From Eledone cirrhosa (taxonomy: Eukaryota): 64,000 nt of DNA. Positions 52,907 through 64,000 of the stretch are shown piece by piece; within the stretch, counting starts at the first letter, position 1, and every line of letters begins with the position of its first letter. The notes under the pieces were generated by a model, which was given only the letters and a program-made list of their open reading frames with translations, was not told the DNA's origin and ran no database searches. Location: contig OZ024741.1 of the NCBI GenBank assembly GCA_964016885.1, forward strand, positions 229,958,001 through 230,022,000. The letters run 5' to 3'. The translations under genes and the position numbers were made by a program.

Positions 52907-53430
52907 TGTTTTAATATAGATGAGATTTTACAGGACTAGAACGGTTTCATTCTTTATAAATCATCAGGAATCTGGCTTTCCAAAAATAAATGTTGTGGTA
53001 TTTACATCTTTTCAGGTGGTAGGAGAGGGTGGGGAGTGGGATGGGTGGAGGTCATTGGTTGAAAGAAAAGGGAATCATTAAAAGCTAATTCTTTAAGATT
53101 TAGAGTGACAAAGGCAGAAAGAATTCTATAAACAAGTTCAGAATGGGATGCCACTCCTTATTTTTAAGTTGTTCTTTGCCTATATTTCAGGTGTCTGTAA
53201 GATGATTGGTGGTCGGTCATGGTTGATGGATTTAAAGAAAAGGGAAATTCTTTAAAAGCTAATTATTTAAAGTTCTACTTAGAGTGACAAAGGCCAAGAG
53301 AATTCTATAAACCAGTTCAAAATATTGGGTGCCTATCATATCATTATTGTCATATTTCTCTTAAGCTATATTCCAGGTCTCAACAGACACATTCACATAC
53401 ACACACACACATATATATATATACATACAC

Positions 53431-53528
<98 letters not shown>

Positions 53529-53735
53529 ATATACATACATACACACACACATACATATATATATATACATATACACACACATACATACATATACACACAC
53601 ATATATATAAATATATATATATATACATATATATATACATATACACATACATACACCTATATAAACATATACAAACACATCTACAGAAATACACATATAT
53701 ACACATATACAAAATACATAAACACATACACAAAT

Positions 53736-53773
<38 letters not shown>

Positions 53774-53797
53774 GTGCATACATATATATACATACAC

Positions 53798-53846
<49 letters not shown>

Positions 53847-53921
53847 TGTATACATATATATATATACATATATACATATATGTATACATATATATATATA
53901 TATACATATATACATATATGT

Positions 53922-53958
<37 letters not shown>

Positions 53959-54001
53959 TACATATATGTATACATATATATATATACATATACATATATG
54001 T

Positions 54002-54054
<53 letters not shown>

Positions 54055-54123
54055 CATACATATATATATACATATATATATATATACATATACACATATA
54101 TATATACACACACACACATATAT

Positions 54124-54154
<31 letters not shown>

Positions 54155-54394
54155 ATTCCCTTTTCTTTCAACCAATGACCTCCACCCATCGCACTCCCCA
54201 CCCTCTCCTACCACCTGAAAAGATATAAATACCACAATATTTATTTTTGGAAAGCCAGATTCCTGATGATTTATAAAGAATGAAATAGTTTTAGTCCTGT
54301 AGAATCTCATCTATATTAAAACTTTTATACTCTGCTATGTATTGAGTACCTTACTTACTGTGGTTACCTCCGATTCAACCCGGAATAACTTATT

Positions 54395-54395
<1 letters not shown>
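52907..54395. mobile_element. Oppositely oriented pLTR-like copies (minus 52907-~53390, plus 54153-54395) around a microsatellite (family F)
   Basis: 52907-53075 is inverted relative to 54154-54322. Both contain CUGAUGA-N12-GAAA (52934-52972 minus, 54258-54297 plus) with weak stems. Confidence 0.55.
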
Positions 54396-54475
<80 letters not shown>

Positions 54476-54479
54476 TATA

Positions 54480-56377
<1,898 letters not shown>

Positions 56378-57257
56378 TTCAATGGCGTTTCTCGAAACGT
56401 AACAGACTCCTGTATTGAACTAAAGAACACCAGACTAGGATCTCTAACTGGATTGTCAAACGCTCAATATCGGATTGTCGTGGATTATGTGAAGGGCATA
56501 TAATCGAAAAATACACTCCCCTGACCATGAAAATGCCGAAGTACATGAAATACTTGACATCCCTTCGCTGTGCATCTCCAATACTTTTAACACTTTTAAT
56601 GCTTGCACTATTTTTAATGCTTATAACATTTCTCCACACACAGACTATATCAATCATATAAAGAATTTGCCACCAGGTCTACCAACCTAACACTCTTGTT
56701 TACCTACCTAAGTGCCTCTACCACACATATCTCTCTGCCACACTATATAAACAAGACGCACATGCGTGCCACACATATAACATTTGCACTATATAACCGC
56801 TTATCTTCATGTTGTATTTTAACCTGTATTTTTGATTTTTGATTGTACCTCTTAATATAAATGTAATCTCAAAGTGTGTACTGCCACTCTAAATTCTGTA
56901 ATGAATGTTGACCCACAATGTTTGAATATGTATCAATGTTTGAATATGTATCGGTATGTCTCTCGGCTGAAAAGGAGGTCATATAACTGTCCATGCATTA
57001 ATAAATTGCTCCGAAGAATCCAAACCTCGGTTTGGAGGCAACAGCTGTAAGCACAATAATGTTTTGAACAGTTCTTTGATTCTTATATTTCATATAACTG
57101 CTCTGTAAATCATCTGATGTTTTTACATTGAGCTACTTAACTTACTGGTAATAAGGTAGTAATACATTACTGCCTACCACTATTTAGGGTGTGTGTAAAA
57201 TACTTATAACTGCATAAGGTTTTGTATTTACATAACCATAAATAGTATAACTAATAC
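56378..57257 (+). mobile_element. Old PLE-like 3' remnant with a mutated hammerhead at 57007-57053 (family G)
   Basis: UGCU-CCGAAGA-A-UCCAAAC(cucg)GUUUGGA-G-GCAA-CAGCUG-UA-AGCA. All three stems are intact, with two core substitutions. Confidence 0.6.

Positions 57258-64000
<6,743 letters not shown>

Overview
This is AT-rich eukaryotic DNA made almost entirely of repeats. The SINE, RTE and microsatellite content suggests a cephalopod or other mollusc (inference). No intact host gene is visible. Bases 1-15.9 kb hold a nested-palindromic higher-order satellite whose GC blocks are arrays of GCGCATGCGC (NRF1-type) and CCGGAAAT (ETS-type) motifs. Bases 24.6-33.3 kb hold an (AAAAT)n tract and a ~20-bp minisatellite with a fold-back junction. 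Bases 55-64 kb are mostly (TA)n/(TATATACA)n. Between these lie transposon relics: Penelope-like elements (PLEs), Tx1 and RTE LINEs, a Gypsy element, two Helitron-like elements, a mariner and two SINEs. The main hidden signal is about 16 hammerhead-ribozyme motifs from about 7 sequence families, read by eye on both strands. Most sit in PLE terminal repeats (pLTRs), often as inverted pairs. One is a fully canonical extended type I hammerhead inside a non-coding 472-nt unit with terminal redundancy (38074-38652), a candidate circular-RNA retrozyme. All folds and element boundaries were derived manually; no searches were run.
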